Below, piece by piece: positions 36,461 through 44,840 of a DNA stretch of 47,434 bases (within the stretch, counting starts at the first letter, position 1; every line of letters starts with the position of its first letter). The DNA lies in IMG/VR virus record IMGVR_UViG_3300027874_000016, positions 1 through 47,434 of that record, one strand, 5' to 3'. The notes beneath the pieces are model-generated. The model was not told the DNA's origin and ran no database searches. It saw only the letters and a list, made by a program, of their open reading frames with translations. A program made the position numbers and the translations under genes. Origin of the DNA: a virus. Taxonomy: Duplodnaviria > Caudoviricetes.

Positions 36461-37457
36461 CGCCGGCCTCCTCCCCCAGGAGCGAGCGGATCACGTCCGC
36501 CGCCTCCTGCACGATCGGGATCCGCACCGCGTCCAACTGGGGCAGGAGCCAGCGCGCCCGGTCGGGGGCGTTCATCGGCTCCGGCTCCGGGAGCCCCTCC
36601 GCCCCCGCCCCCGGCCCCGGCCCCGGGGCCAGGGCGTCGAAGAGGGTGCCCTGGGCCGCCCGGGCCGACCGGCGCTTGGCCTCCTTGACCAGGGCCAGGC
36701 TGGGCGTCTCCCCGTTGGCCAGCAGGTCGGCCAGTAGCTCCTGGCTCTCGCCCCCCAGCCGGCTGGCGTGCAGGGCGACCGAGTACGGCAGCCGGCCCTC
36801 CAGGAAGGCGACCTGCAGGGCGGGGTCGAGGTCGGCCAGGCGCAGGCGCTGCTTGATCGTCTGCACGGGCAGGCCGGTGGCCTGGGCGACGGCCGAGAGG
36901 GCCTCCTTCTCCGGGAGCCCGTCCCGCTCCAGGCGCTCCAGCAGGTACACGATCGCCCGGAAGTCGGCCACCGGGTTGTCCTGCCGGACGGCGTTGCTGG
37001 CCACCGTCAGCACGGCCGCCCGGCCGTCCCGGGCCGTCCCCTCCGGGTCGGAGAGCACCCGGACGGGGATCGTCGTGAACCGCTTCAGTTGGGCGTAGGC
37101 CTGGACGTACGCCGGGAGGGTGCTGAGTTGCTGGTCGTCGGCGGCCTCCCGGGCCAGCTTGTCGCAGGCCGCCTTGTACTGGGCCTGCAGCAGGCGCACC
37201 GCCTTGATCCGGCGCCGGCCCGCCACCAGGCAGGTCGGGTCGCCGTAGGCGAGGGCGCCCCCGGCGGCCCGCACGACGACGGGCTCCAGGACGCCCCACC
37301 GGCGGATGCCCTCGACCAGGGCGGCCGAGGGGGCCGGGGAGAGGATCTGGTCGTCCGGGGGGAGCCGGTTGGTGGGGATCTGCTCCACCTGGCCGAGGGT
37401 CGGGGGCTCCTCGGGGATGAGGTACTGCTGGGTCAGGGACAGGCTCGTGGCGCTCAC
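36444..37457 (-). CDS. ParB/Spo0J-like protein
   Basis: LVEGIRRWGVLEPVVV, LVAGRRRIKA, N.VR.DNP..D, and HTH VAQATGL....IKQRLRLADL. Confidence 0.8.
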   Translation of the reverse strand: MSATSLSLTQQYLIPEEPPTLGQVEQIPTNRLPPDDQILSPAPSAALVEGIRRWGVLEPVVVRAAGGALAYGDPTCLVAGRRRIKAVRLLQAQYKAACDKLAREAADDQQLSTLPAYVQAYAQLKRFTTIPVRVLSDPEGTARDGRAAVLTVASNAVRQDNPVADFRAIVYLLERLERDGLPEKEALSAVAQATGLPVQTIKQRLRLADLDPALQVAFLEGRLPYSVALHASRLGGESQELLADLLANGETPSLALVKEAKRRSARAAQGTLFDALAPGPGPGAGAEGLPEPEPMNAPDRARWLLPQLDAVRIPIVQEAADVIRSLLGEEAGGGADD

Positions 37458-37570
37458 TCGGGTCTCCTTGCACGGACGTACCGCCCGTGCTTGTAGTTCG
37501 GGTTCTTGGTACCGGCGTTCACCGACTTGCCTCGGTTACGGCCGTAGGCGTGCTCCCAGAACCTACTCAT
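37454..37570 (-). CDS. 38-aa micro-ORF with a NUMOD3/HNH-endonuclease-like GxxNPNYKHG motif
   Basis: MSRFWEHAYGRNRGKSVNAGTKNPNYKHGRYVRARRPE. Overlaps the upstream stop and the downstream start. Confidence 0.5.
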   Translation of the reverse strand: MSRFWEHAYGRNRGKSVNAGTKNPNYKHGRYVRARRPE

Positions 37571-38366
37571 CGACTTCCAGGACGGGCAGCCCGCTCTTGG
37601 ACGCCTTGTCCAGGGCCGGCTCGTGGGTCTTGTCTTCGGGGTCGGTCACGACCTCGATGCGGGTGATCGGGAGGCGCAGGAACACGCCGGGGGCGAAGCC
37701 GGGCTTGTACACGTCCCGGTCGGGCAGGCAGTAGCCGGCGTACGTGAACGCCGGCATCTCCCGGGGCACGAAGTCCAGGCGCTGCACCTCCCGCTCCATC
37801 CGGTCGGGATCCGGGTCGTGGGTGACGGTGTTCGGCAGCAGGCACTCCCACCAGAGGGAGGCGCACATGCCGCCGGCGGGGCCGTCGGCCTCGTGCCGCT
37901 GGTCGAAGGGGCAGAACGACGCCCCGGTGCGCCCCTTGGCCCGGGTCAGGAACGAGAGCAGGGGGCGCCCGTCCCCGTCGCCCCCCGGGTTCTCCAGGAG
38001 CCACAGGGGGTTCGTGACGACGGCCCGGGGGTGGATCAGGACGTGCCGGGCGTCCCGGCCCAGGGCCTTGAAGTCGAAGCTCCTGGGGATCCGCCGGGAG
38101 AACCCGAACAGGGCCCCCTCCTCGACGAAGTCGGCCACGTTGGGGTAGCCCTCGGCGCCCACCCAGTCGAGCACGACGGGCCGGTCGCCCCCGTCGTACC
38201 CCAGGGTCATCCCCTGGTAGCTGGCGCCCAGGTACGCCTGCTCGACCGGCAGGGGCGGGTCGACGACGAGGCGCTCCAGCAGGATGCCGTGGTCGGTGAG
38301 GGCGGTCACCAGGTAGATGCCGCCCGGGGCGCGGCTGCCGCAGCCGCGGGTGACGCTAGCGAGCAT
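37563..38366 (-). CDS. Conserved phage hypothetical protein
   Basis: GAGGAGG RBS. RGCG.R.PGGIYL, DWVG...YPNVADFVEE....GFSRRI. Confidence 0.65.
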   Translation of the reverse strand: MLASVTRGCGSRAPGGIYLVTALTDHGILLERLVVDPPLPVEQAYLGASYQGMTLGYDGGDRPVVLDWVGAEGYPNVADFVEEGALFGFSRRIPRSFDFKALGRDARHVLIHPRAVVTNPLWLLENPGGDGDGRPLLSFLTRAKGRTGASFCPFDQRHEADGPAGGMCASLWWECLLPNTVTHDPDPDRMEREVQRLDFVPREMPAFTYAGYCLPDRDVYKPGFAPGVFLRLPITRIEVVTDPEDKTHEPALDKASKSGLPVLEVDE

Positions 38367-38427
38367 GGGTTCGGGCCTCCTCGGCCGGTGTGTTGGGGTT
38401 CATGGGGTGGGATCTCCTCCGTCCGGG

Positions 38428-38456
38428 ATGGTATCACGTACTAGTGCTGACCGCAA
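38428..38456 (-). promoter_or_regulatory. Putative sigma70-type promoter
   Basis: TTGCGG-N17-TACCAT with TG extension, intergenic. Confidence 0.55.
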
Positions 38457-38460
38457 GCCC

Positions 38461-39804
38461 TCAGTCCGGGCGGTGCCAGACCTCCAGGGGCCGGAAGGTG
38501 GTGGTCGGGCCGTCCCACAGCAGGGGCTCGGTGCCCGTCTCGCCGGCCCGGTTCTTCGCGACGTGCAGGAAGGCCTCCCGGTCGTCGCCCTGCCCCCGGG
38601 CGAACAGGCCGGGCCGCCACAGCAGCCAGACCACGTCGGCCGTCTGCTCCAGCATCCCGCTCTCCCGCAGGTCGGCCAGGACGGGGCGGGGGTCGGCCCG
38701 TAGCTCCACCTGGCGGTTCAACTGGGCCAGGGCCAGCACGGGGACGTGGGCCCGCTGGGCCAGGCGCTTCAAGGCCAGGGCCACCTCGGCCACCTCGACC
38801 TGCCGGTTGTCGGCCCGCCGGCCCAGCCGGATCAGTTGCAGGTAGTCCACGATCAGCAGGGCGCACTCGTCGAGCGCGGCCGCCCGCTCCGTCTCCCGCA
38901 CGATCGTCGCCAGGTCGAGCCCGGCGCCCGTCTGCAAGAACGCCAGCCGGTGCTCCCCCAGGGCGCCGATCGCCCCCAGGGCCCGGGACACCTCTTCGTC
39001 CGAGAGGTCGGCGCCCGTCCGCAGGCGCCCGGAGGGGATCCCGGAGCGGGCGGCGACCATCCGGAACAGCAACTCCTCCGGCTCCATCTCGGCGGTGGCG
39101 AACACGACGGGGTGGCCCGCCTCGGCCACGCCGAGGGCGATCTGCCCGGCCAGGGCGCTCTTGCCGTGCCCGGTGCGGGCCGCCAGGACGGTCAACTCCC
39201 CGGCCCGCAGCCCGCCGGTGAGCGCGTCCACCCGGGGCAGGCCGGTGGCTAGCCCGGCCCCGCGTTCCCCTTCGCCGTCGAGGGGCTCCATCAGCACGGG
39301 GGCGTAGTCGGCGGCCGCGTGCCAGGCGGTCTCCCCGCCCAACCAGGCCTCGCCCGCCTCCGCCACCGCGTCCCGGGCCCGGCGCAGGGCGACCGCCGGG
39401 TCGGCCTCGTCGTACGCCGCCTCGGCCACCCGGCCCGCGGCCCGGATCAGCCGGCGCCGGGCGGCGTACCGGGCCACGCGCTGGGCGTACGCCGCCACCT
39501 GTTCCACGGCCGGGCCGTCGGCCAGGCAACCGGTGGCGAGCGCCCGGTCACCGTCGGCCTCGGCGCGGTCGCCGTCGTTTACCTCCAGGAGCTTGGGGCC
39601 TAGGAGCGTGTGGTCGACGATGCCCCCCGTCTCCTGGGCGACCAGGGCCATCGCTTGGAAGAGCCTCTGGTGTTGGAGCCGTTCGAAGTCCTCGGGCCGG
39701 ACGAACCGGGCGGCCTCGGCCCAGGCCCGGGGGTGGAGCAGGCAGGCCCCCAGGCAGTGGCGCTCGTCCTGCTCGTCGCCGGGGAGATCACTCGGGCTGG
39801 CCAT
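38461..39804 (-). CDS. dnaB: Replicative DNA helicase, DnaB family
   Basis: TGLPRVDALTGGL, Walker A ARTGHGKS, EM, IVDYLQL, LAQLNR, LADLRESGMLEQTAD, VAKNRAG.TG. Confidence 0.93.
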   Translation of the reverse strand: MASPSDLPGDEQDERHCLGACLLHPRAWAEAARFVRPEDFERLQHQRLFQAMALVAQETGGIVDHTLLGPKLLEVNDGDRAEADGDRALATGCLADGPAVEQVAAYAQRVARYAARRRLIRAAGRVAEAAYDEADPAVALRRARDAVAEAGEAWLGGETAWHAAADYAPVLMEPLDGEGERGAGLATGLPRVDALTGGLRAGELTVLAARTGHGKSALAGQIALGVAEAGHPVVFATAEMEPEELLFRMVAARSGIPSGRLRTGADLSDEEVSRALGAIGALGEHRLAFLQTGAGLDLATIVRETERAAALDECALLIVDYLQLIRLGRRADNRQVEVAEVALALKRLAQRAHVPVLALAQLNRQVELRADPRPVLADLRESGMLEQTADVVWLLWRPGLFARGQGDDREAFLHVAKNRAGETGTEPLLWDGPTTTFRPLEVWHRPD

Positions 39805-40255
39805 CCCCCGCCTCCCGCTCCCGGCGCTCGATGTCTGCGTCCCAGGCGTCGTAGTCTGCCGGCGTCGGCCGGAAGGGCTGCTGGGGGCCCTGGCCCAGCA
39901 TCCGGCGCCAGGCCCGGATGGCCTCGGTGATCTCCCGGGCCCGAGGGTTGCGCCCCCCGTGGCCGCCGGCTAGCCGACGTTGCGTGTCCTGCTCGTCGGC
40001 TAGCCGGCGCTGCTCGGCCTCCCGCTCCAGGGCGACGGGCTCGGCCAGGGCGAGGGCCTCCCCCGGGGTGGGCATGAACTGGCGCTCCTGGATCAGCAGG
40101 CGCCCGACGATGCGCTGCCAGGCGTCGGCGTCTAGCTCCTTCACCAGGTCGTACCAAGAGCGCCGGAAGGCCAGGCGCTCCTGGTCACTGGCGGCGCGCT
40201 GGGGGTAGTGCAACTCCAGGCGCAGGAAGGGCGCGGTGAAGTCCTCTGGGGTCAT
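39788..40255 (-). CDS. Putative helicase loader/inhibitor (G39P/lambda P-like)
   Basis: WYDLVKEL......V..L......FMPTPGE pattern, located between the initiator and DnaB. Confidence 0.55.
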   Translation of the reverse strand: MTPEDFTAPFLRLELHYPQRAASDQERLAFRRSWYDLVKELDADAWQRIVGRLLIQERQFMPTPGEALALAEPVALEREAEQRRLADEQDTQRRLAGGHGGRNPRAREITEAIRAWRRMLGQGPQQPFRPTPADYDAWDADIERREREAGDGQPE

Positions 40256-41138
40256 CTGGGGCCTCCTTGGGGCCGAAACTGTCGAGGAAGGCGTCTACGG
40301 TGCCGAGGATGTGGCCGTTCAGGCGGGGCCTGGTCTTCCACGACCGGTGCAGCTTGACGCCCTGGTTGACCGTGAGGTGGTCGCGATCCCACTGGTCGCC
40401 TAGCTGCTGGTCGCGGATGGCCGCCATGCAGCCCGCGATCTCGGCCACGGGCAGGTCGCTGGCCAGCACGGCGTTCCGCTCTTGGGGGGTCAGCCGGTCG
40501 GGGAGGCCCACGGTGCGGAGGGCCTCGATCATCGCCTGGACGCGGGGGTGCCCCCGTGGCGGGGGCGCGGTCGCCCCCCGAACCACCGGAGTTGCCGGAG
40601 GCTCCGAAGGAGCCGTAGGCAACGGAGGTGGGAGGGGATTCTTCCTGGTCTTTTCCTCCTTCTCTTTTCTGTGTCCACCGGTGGACACTTGAAGTGTCCG
40701 CCCGTGGACACTCGACCGTCCACCCGTGGACACTTGCTCCGGCAAGTGGTCACCGGTGGACACTTGCGAGCGTCCACCCGTGGACACTTGCGAGCGTCCA
40801 CCCGTGGACACTCGGCACAGGGGCCCGAGCGCCCACCGGGGCTGCCCCCACCCGCCCTTGCCGGCGGGCTGGCGGGTCATGGCGAGGTACCCCTGCTCCA
40901 CCAGCTTGTAGGTGTACTGGCGGACGCGGGAGGCGCTCAGGCCGGTGATGGACGCGAGCGTCTGGTAGCTCGGCCAGGCCGGGCAGCCGTTCGTGAAGCC
41001 GGCCACGACCTCCAGGACGTGGCGCAGGCTGGGGTGCAGGCCGTGCCGCTGCGCGGCCAGGCGTGCCTGGAGGACGGCCTGGGCGTTGAGGAAGCCTCGG
41101 GCTAGGCCAGGCTCCCCCGCGTCGTTTCCCTCTGACAC
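40185..41138 (-). CDS. Replication initiator with N-terminal wHTH (lambda O-like architecture)
   Basis: AWPSYQTLASITGLS...VRQ....LVEQGYL, with internal VSTGG repeats encoded by iterons. Start uncertain (GTG 41138). Confidence 0.8.
   Translation of the reverse strand: MSEGNDAGEPGLARGFLNAQAVLQARLAAQRHGLHPSLRHVLEVVAGFTNGCPAWPSYQTLASITGLSASRVRQYTYKLVEQGYLAMTRQPAGKGGWGQPRWALGPLCRVSTGGRSQVSTGGRSQVSTGDHLPEQVSTGGRSSVHGRTLQVSTGGHRKEKEEKTRKNPLPPPLPTAPSEPPATPVVRGATAPPPRGHPRVQAMIEALRTVGLPDRLTPQERNAVLASDLPVAEIAGCMAAIRDQQLGDQWDRDHLTVNQGVKLHRSWKTRPRLNGHILGTVDAFLDSFGPKEAPDDPRGLHRALPAPGVALPPARRQ
40638..40812. repeat. Putative replication origin: six iterons plus a pyrimidine-rich tract
   Basis: GTGGACAC at 40681, 40704, 40726, 40756, 40780 and 40804, mostly in quasi-palindromes. 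A perfect GTGTCCACCGGTGGACAC lies at 40671-40688, next to a T/C tract at 40638-40670. Confidence 0.8.
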
Positions 41139-41338
41139 GACGAAGGGCCCCTCTCGTGAAAGTCTGGTGTGGCCGCTGGCCGCCGACCGGTGGCAACCCC
41201 CGCTAGGTGGGGACGGCCCTCGGCCAACGGACACACCAGGCCCTACGAGAGGGGCCCGATCCGCATCCTAGCGATCGGCTTGCCACAGCCGGACGGGGTA
41301 CGTCCCGTCAGTCGATGTGGTTGTCAGTTACGCGCAGA

Positions 41339-41367
41339 ACCGTAACACATCCGCACGTGCTCCGCAA
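41339..41367 (-). promoter_or_regulatory. Putative promoter of the replication operon
   Basis: TTGCGG-N17-TACGGT with TG extension. Confidence 0.5.
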
Positions 41368-41409
41368 CACCGGGGTGGCTGACGGAGGGCCAGTGTACCG
41401 CCGTTGACC

Positions 41410-41736
41410 TGGTTCCCGCCAAGGCTCTGGCCCGCCCGCCCGTGCTGGTTCCCCCGGGTTCGATGGCCCGCGCCGCCGCGCCGGCCCCCTCGGACTCAAT
41501 GGCCCGCCCCACGTAGGTGGCTCCCGCTCGCGGATCGGCCCGCGCCGCCGCGAGTGGCGCCCGCACCATGCACGGCCCGCGCCTAGCGTCTCGGCGCCCG
41601 CATCAGGTGTGGCCCGCTCGCCTCCGGTGGCCCCCTTGCCTGGCTTGCCTGGTGTGGCCCGCGCCTGTAGTTAGGCTCCCGCAGAAGCTCTGGCCCGCCC
41701 CCGCCGGACGGCGCCCGCAAAATCTCTGGCCAGCAC
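41410..41736 (-). repeat. TIGR-like array 2: 9 units, orphan
   Basis: Same alternating repeats at ~18-nt spacing (41410, 41428, 41446, 41464, 41482, 41500, 41518, 41536 ... 41709, 41727). Confidence 0.88.
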
Positions 41737-41748
41737 CCCCAGCACCCG

Positions 41749-41777
41749 TTGCCGCCGATTCCCCGCCCTGCTAAGGT
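41749..41777 (+). promoter_or_regulatory. Putative promoter for a small RNA
   Basis: TTGCCG-N17-TAAGGT with TG extension. Confidence 0.5.
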
Positions 41778-41782
41778 TGAGC

Positions 41783-41862
41783 GAACCTCTCCGCCGCTGG
41801 GGTGGCGGGACGGGTTCTCCTTGACAGGACGCCGGGGCCTCCGGGCCCCGGCGCTCTGTTTT
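41783..41862 (+). ncRNA. Candidate ~80-nt anti-Shine-Dalgarno small RNA
   Basis: Lies between a promoter and a terminator, with a 5' hairpin, a GGGTTCTCCTTGAC seed and no ORF. Confidence 0.45.
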
Positions 41863-41864
41863 GT
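41830..41864 (+). terminator. Intrinsic terminator
   Basis: CGCCGGGGCC-TCCG-GGCCCCGGCG followed by CTCTGTTTTGT. Confidence 0.65.
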
Positions 41865-41884
41865 GCCGGATGTGTCTGAGCAGC

Positions 41885-42673
41885 TTAGGCCTCGGCCGCC
41901 CCGGCGGCCTCGGTGATGAACCGCCGGCGGGGCTTGCTCGGCACGTACTGGGGGTGCTTGCGGTCGCGCACCGCGTACCGGCGCAGCACGGGCAGGGCCT
42001 TCTGCCGGCGGGTCTGGTCGATCAGGGCGTCCCGCACGGCGTCCGCGACGGTGGGGTACGCGATCGCCACCGCCCCCAACTCGGCGGCCGTCCAGTCTGC
42101 CCCGCCCAGCAACTCGGCCGCCCGGGCGTTGGGGATGCCGAGGCTGGGCCAGAAGCGGTCGGGCGCGTCGTACTTGCCCCGCTCCCCCTCCAGGAAGCTC
42201 AGGAGGGTGGTCGTCGTGCCGGCGAGCAGCTTCTCCGCGGTGACGACGACCGGCGCCTCCCCCGGCTGCCGGGCCCGGGCGAGGGCCAGGGTCAGGGCGG
42301 CGGCGAGCAGCCGGGCGTTGTGGGGCAGGGGCGAGTGCACGCCGTTCTCGAACCGGTTGACCGCGAACTGGGAGAGCCCGCTCTTCCAGAGCGGCGGGCG
42401 CTTCTCCCGGTAGGCCGCCCGGGCGTCCTGGGCCACGACCTCCTGGGTCAGGTCGGCTAGCTCCCGTTGGGAGACGCCGGCGCGCTGGCGCCAGGCGCGC
42501 AGGCTGTGGGCCACCGGGATGTAGTGGGGCTGGTCGTCCATCGCCCCCGACGCGCGGCCCCCCAGGCCCCGCGACTGGGGCGGCGGGGGCAGCGGCCGGG
42601 GGCCGGTACGGCGCCGGGGGTGCAACAGGACGGCGTCGCCCGCGGGGGCCGCCGTGGCCGTGTCAGACATCAA
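41885..42673 (-). CDS. XRE-family HTH regulator
   Basis: LRAWRQRAGVSQRELA..[insertion]..LSQFAVNRFENG...P. Confidence 0.7.
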   Translation of the reverse strand: MMSDTATAAPAGDAVLLHPRRRTGPRPLPPPPQSRGLGGRASGAMDDQPHYIPVAHSLRAWRQRAGVSQRELADLTQEVVAQDARAAYREKRPPLWKSGLSQFAVNRFENGVHSPLPHNARLLAAALTLALARARQPGEAPVVVTAEKLLAGTTTTLLSFLEGERGKYDAPDRFWPSLGIPNARAAELLGGADWTAAELGAVAIAYPTVADAVRDALIDQTRRQKALPVLRRYAVRDRKHPQYVPSKPRRRFITEAAGAAEA

Positions 42674-42680
42674 ACGCTCC

Positions 42681-42986
42681 TCACCCCAGGAGCGTGCCAG
42701 GCGGGGGACGGATCGTCAAGACGCGGGCGCCCCCGGCCTCCAGGCGGTACAGCCAGACGGCGGCCGCGTGGGCGCAGGGCTGCCCCATCGCGCCGGCCTC
42801 ACAGGAGCAGGCCAGGTGGGGCTGCCCCCTCCGGCTGGTGAGCGTGACCTGGTGGAGCAGGCCCGGGCGGGTCTGGCTGGGCACCAGGTAGGTCTTGCCC
42901 CCGCCGGCGCGCACCTCGCGCTGGAGGCCCCTGGCGAAGGCCCGGCGCAGGGCCGACCGGCGCCGATCGGGGGCGATGGTGGTCAC
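42681..42986 (-). CDS. SWIM zinc-finger protein
   Basis: YLVPSQT....H.V......CSCEAG....PCAHAAAV. Confidence 0.75.
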   Translation of the reverse strand: MTTIAPDRRRSALRRAFARGLQREVRAGGGKTYLVPSQTRPGLLHQVTLTSRRGQPHLACSCEAGAMGQPCAHAAAVWLYRLEAGGARVLTIRPPPGTLLG

Positions 42987-42992
42987 CCCCTA

Positions 42993-43022
42993 ACCGTACG
43001 GCAGTCAGCAACCGAACGTCAA
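42993..43022 (-). promoter_or_regulatory. Putative sigma70-type promoter
   Basis: TTGACG-N18-TACGGT, with TGCTGACTG in the spacer. Confidence 0.5.
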
Positions 43023-43435
43023 CGATCGTCCGGAAGCAGGTAGCTGCGGGCGACCCGCTCCTCGGGCTCCCGCTGGAGGGAGGAGGCGGGGATCAGCCGG
43101 ACGTGCTGGCGCTCGGGGAAGACCTGCACGGCCTGCGCCGTGACGATGCGGGTGCAGGCGGGGGCCCAGGCGCCCCGGGCCCAGCACATCGCCTGGGCGA
43201 CGGGCCGGGGCACGCCCCCCAGGACGAGGCGCCCGACGGCCCGGTCGAAGAGGGCCAGGTCGTCGGGCAGCAGGGCCTCCCAGGGGTAGGGCGGCCCGGG
43301 GGGCAGGGCGTGGTGCTGGCCGAGCCAGCCGGAGAGGGCCGCCTGGTCGGCGGTGAGCAGATCCCGGGCCTTGTTGATCGGCCGGGGTCGGGGGGCGGCC
43401 GGGGTCGAAGGGGCCCGGCGCTTGCGCTTCGCCAC
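43019..43435 (-). CDS. Hypothetical protein
   Basis: 138 aa, GC3-rich codons, in operon. Confidence 0.55.
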   Translation of the reverse strand: MAKRKRRAPSTPAAPRPRPINKARDLLTADQAALSGWLGQHHALPPGPPYPWEALLPDDLALFDRAVGRLVLGGVPRPVAQAMCWARGAWAPACTRIVTAQAVQVFPERQHVRLIPASSLQREPEERVARSYLLPDDR

Positions 43436-43448
43436 GGCCGCCGCCCTG

Positions 43449-43865
43449 TTAGGCGCCGTTCAGGGCCCGGACGTACTGGCCCATCGCGGTGGTGGCGATG
43501 TTGAGCATCGCCTCGGCGGTCGACCGCTGGTCGGCCGTGAGCGACCGCAGGAACGGCGTGTCGGTGCCGTCCATCAGCGTCTCCAGCCGGTGCAGGATCT
43601 CGGTGCCCATCTGGACGTGGTGGGTACGGACGGGGACGGGCGCCAGGGTGTAGCAGTAGCCCCTGGTGCCGGCCCCCTTCCCGACGGTCACGAGGCTGCT
43701 CTCCGGGATCCGGCGGCGCAGGTCGTGGACGGCGAGGTAGATGTCCATCCGGCTGAGGCCGGTGTGCTTCTCCAGGAAGCCGGCGGGGACGATCTTGCCG
43801 CTGTACTGCTTGAGGAGGAGCAGCACCTTGTCGGCCCGGGCGCTGCGTTCTTTGCTGATCGGCAT
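43449..43865 (-). CDS. Putative winged-helix protein
   Basis: AAGGAG RBS. LEKHTGLSRMDIYLAVHDLRR...GTRGY. Confidence 0.55.
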   Translation of the reverse strand: MPISKERSARADKVLLLLKQYSGKIVPAGFLEKHTGLSRMDIYLAVHDLRRRIPESSLVTVGKGAGTRGYCYTLAPVPVRTHHVQMGTEILHRLETLMDGTDTPFLRSLTADQRSTAEAMLNIATTAMGQYVRALNGA

Positions 43866-43899
43866 GGGTCGGGTCTCCTTGACCTGGGCTCCCTGCGGA

Positions 43900-44730
43900 C
43901 TAGCTCCCGGGGTTACCGGAGCCGAGGACGCCCCGCAGGAAGTCGTCCACGGCCTGGGTCGCGCTGCCCGTGTCCACGTACTGGCGGATCCGGGCGAGGT
44001 TGGCCTCCAGGCGCACCCAGGCGTCCCGGAGGAAGGCGTCGAGCCCCCCGGGCCTGTCCCGGCCGAGCCGGGGGGCCAGGGCCTCGATGTCCGTGCTGAA
44101 GCCGTCCAGGAGGCGGATCAGGGCGAGGTGGGCCTGCTCCTTGTCCAGGGCGGCGAGCGAGGGGGTGGTGCTGATGATGTGCTCCCGGCGCCCCTGGTCG
44201 AGGCGCACGGCGGCGAGGGTGGCCTCGGCCACGGCGTGGCGCAGCTTGCTGCCGGGCAGGGTGGACGCGGCCCGCACGTCGGGGTCGTTCAGGAGCGCCG
44301 CGGCCTGCTCGACCTTCTGGGCGGTGGTGCCCTGGAGCAGGAGCCGGGCGCCCTCGTAGTCCATCATCCGCTGGCGGTCGGGCGTCCCCTCCACCGCCTC
44401 GTAGGCCTCCTGGAAGGAGGGGAGGGTCTTCGCCGGCGGGGAGGGCTCTGCACCATTCCCGGCATCCGCGCCGGCGCGCAGCCCGTGCGTCGCCCAGATG
44501 CTGGAGTAGCGGAAGCCGGTGGTCGTCGAGAACCGGCGCCCGGAGGCCTCCCGCACGTCGGTGCACCACTTCGGCATGGCCACCTTGCCGGTCGCGGTCT
44601 CCTTCTCCCCCGCCCGCAGGGTGTGCTCGTAGGTGAGGCGGGCGAGGATCCAGTTGGCCTCCTCCCCTTGGTCGAGGGCCCTGGCCGCCTCCCGGACGGC
44701 CCGGTCGTACGTGGTGTCGCGCTGCTGCAT
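43900..44730 (-). CDS. Hypothetical helical protein
   Basis: GGGAG RBS, 276 aa, coding-like codon usage. Confidence 0.6.
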   Translation of the reverse strand: MQQRDTTYDRAVREAARALDQGEEANWILARLTYEHTLRAGEKETATGKVAMPKWCTDVREASGRRFSTTTGFRYSSIWATHGLRAGADAGNGAEPSPPAKTLPSFQEAYEAVEGTPDRQRMMDYEGARLLLQGTTAQKVEQAAALLNDPDVRAASTLPGSKLRHAVAEATLAAVRLDQGRREHIISTTPSLAALDKEQAHLALIRLLDGFSTDIEALAPRLGRDRPGGLDAFLRDAWVRLEANLARIRQYVDTGSATQAVDDFLRGVLGSGNPGS

Positions 44731-44778
44731 GGGGTTCTCCCTTGTCCCTGGGGGGCCCGCTCCGGGCCCCTCGTCGCC

Positions 44779-44808
44779 ACTCTACTGCGCGGGCGGGCAG
44801 TGCGTCAA
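44779..44808 (-). promoter_or_regulatory. Putative sigma70-type promoter
   Basis: TTGACG-N18-TAGAGT, intergenic. Confidence 0.55.
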
Positions 44809-44840
44809 GCTCAGTCGTGATCTACACCGCAGCCTCCTCT

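Noticed and set aside
41292-41385. Multi-stem RNA switch upstream of the initiator (CCGTCAGTC/GGCTGACGG, GATGTG/CACATC)
   Set aside because: The stems are short and straddle the predicted promoter, so they could be chance pairings.
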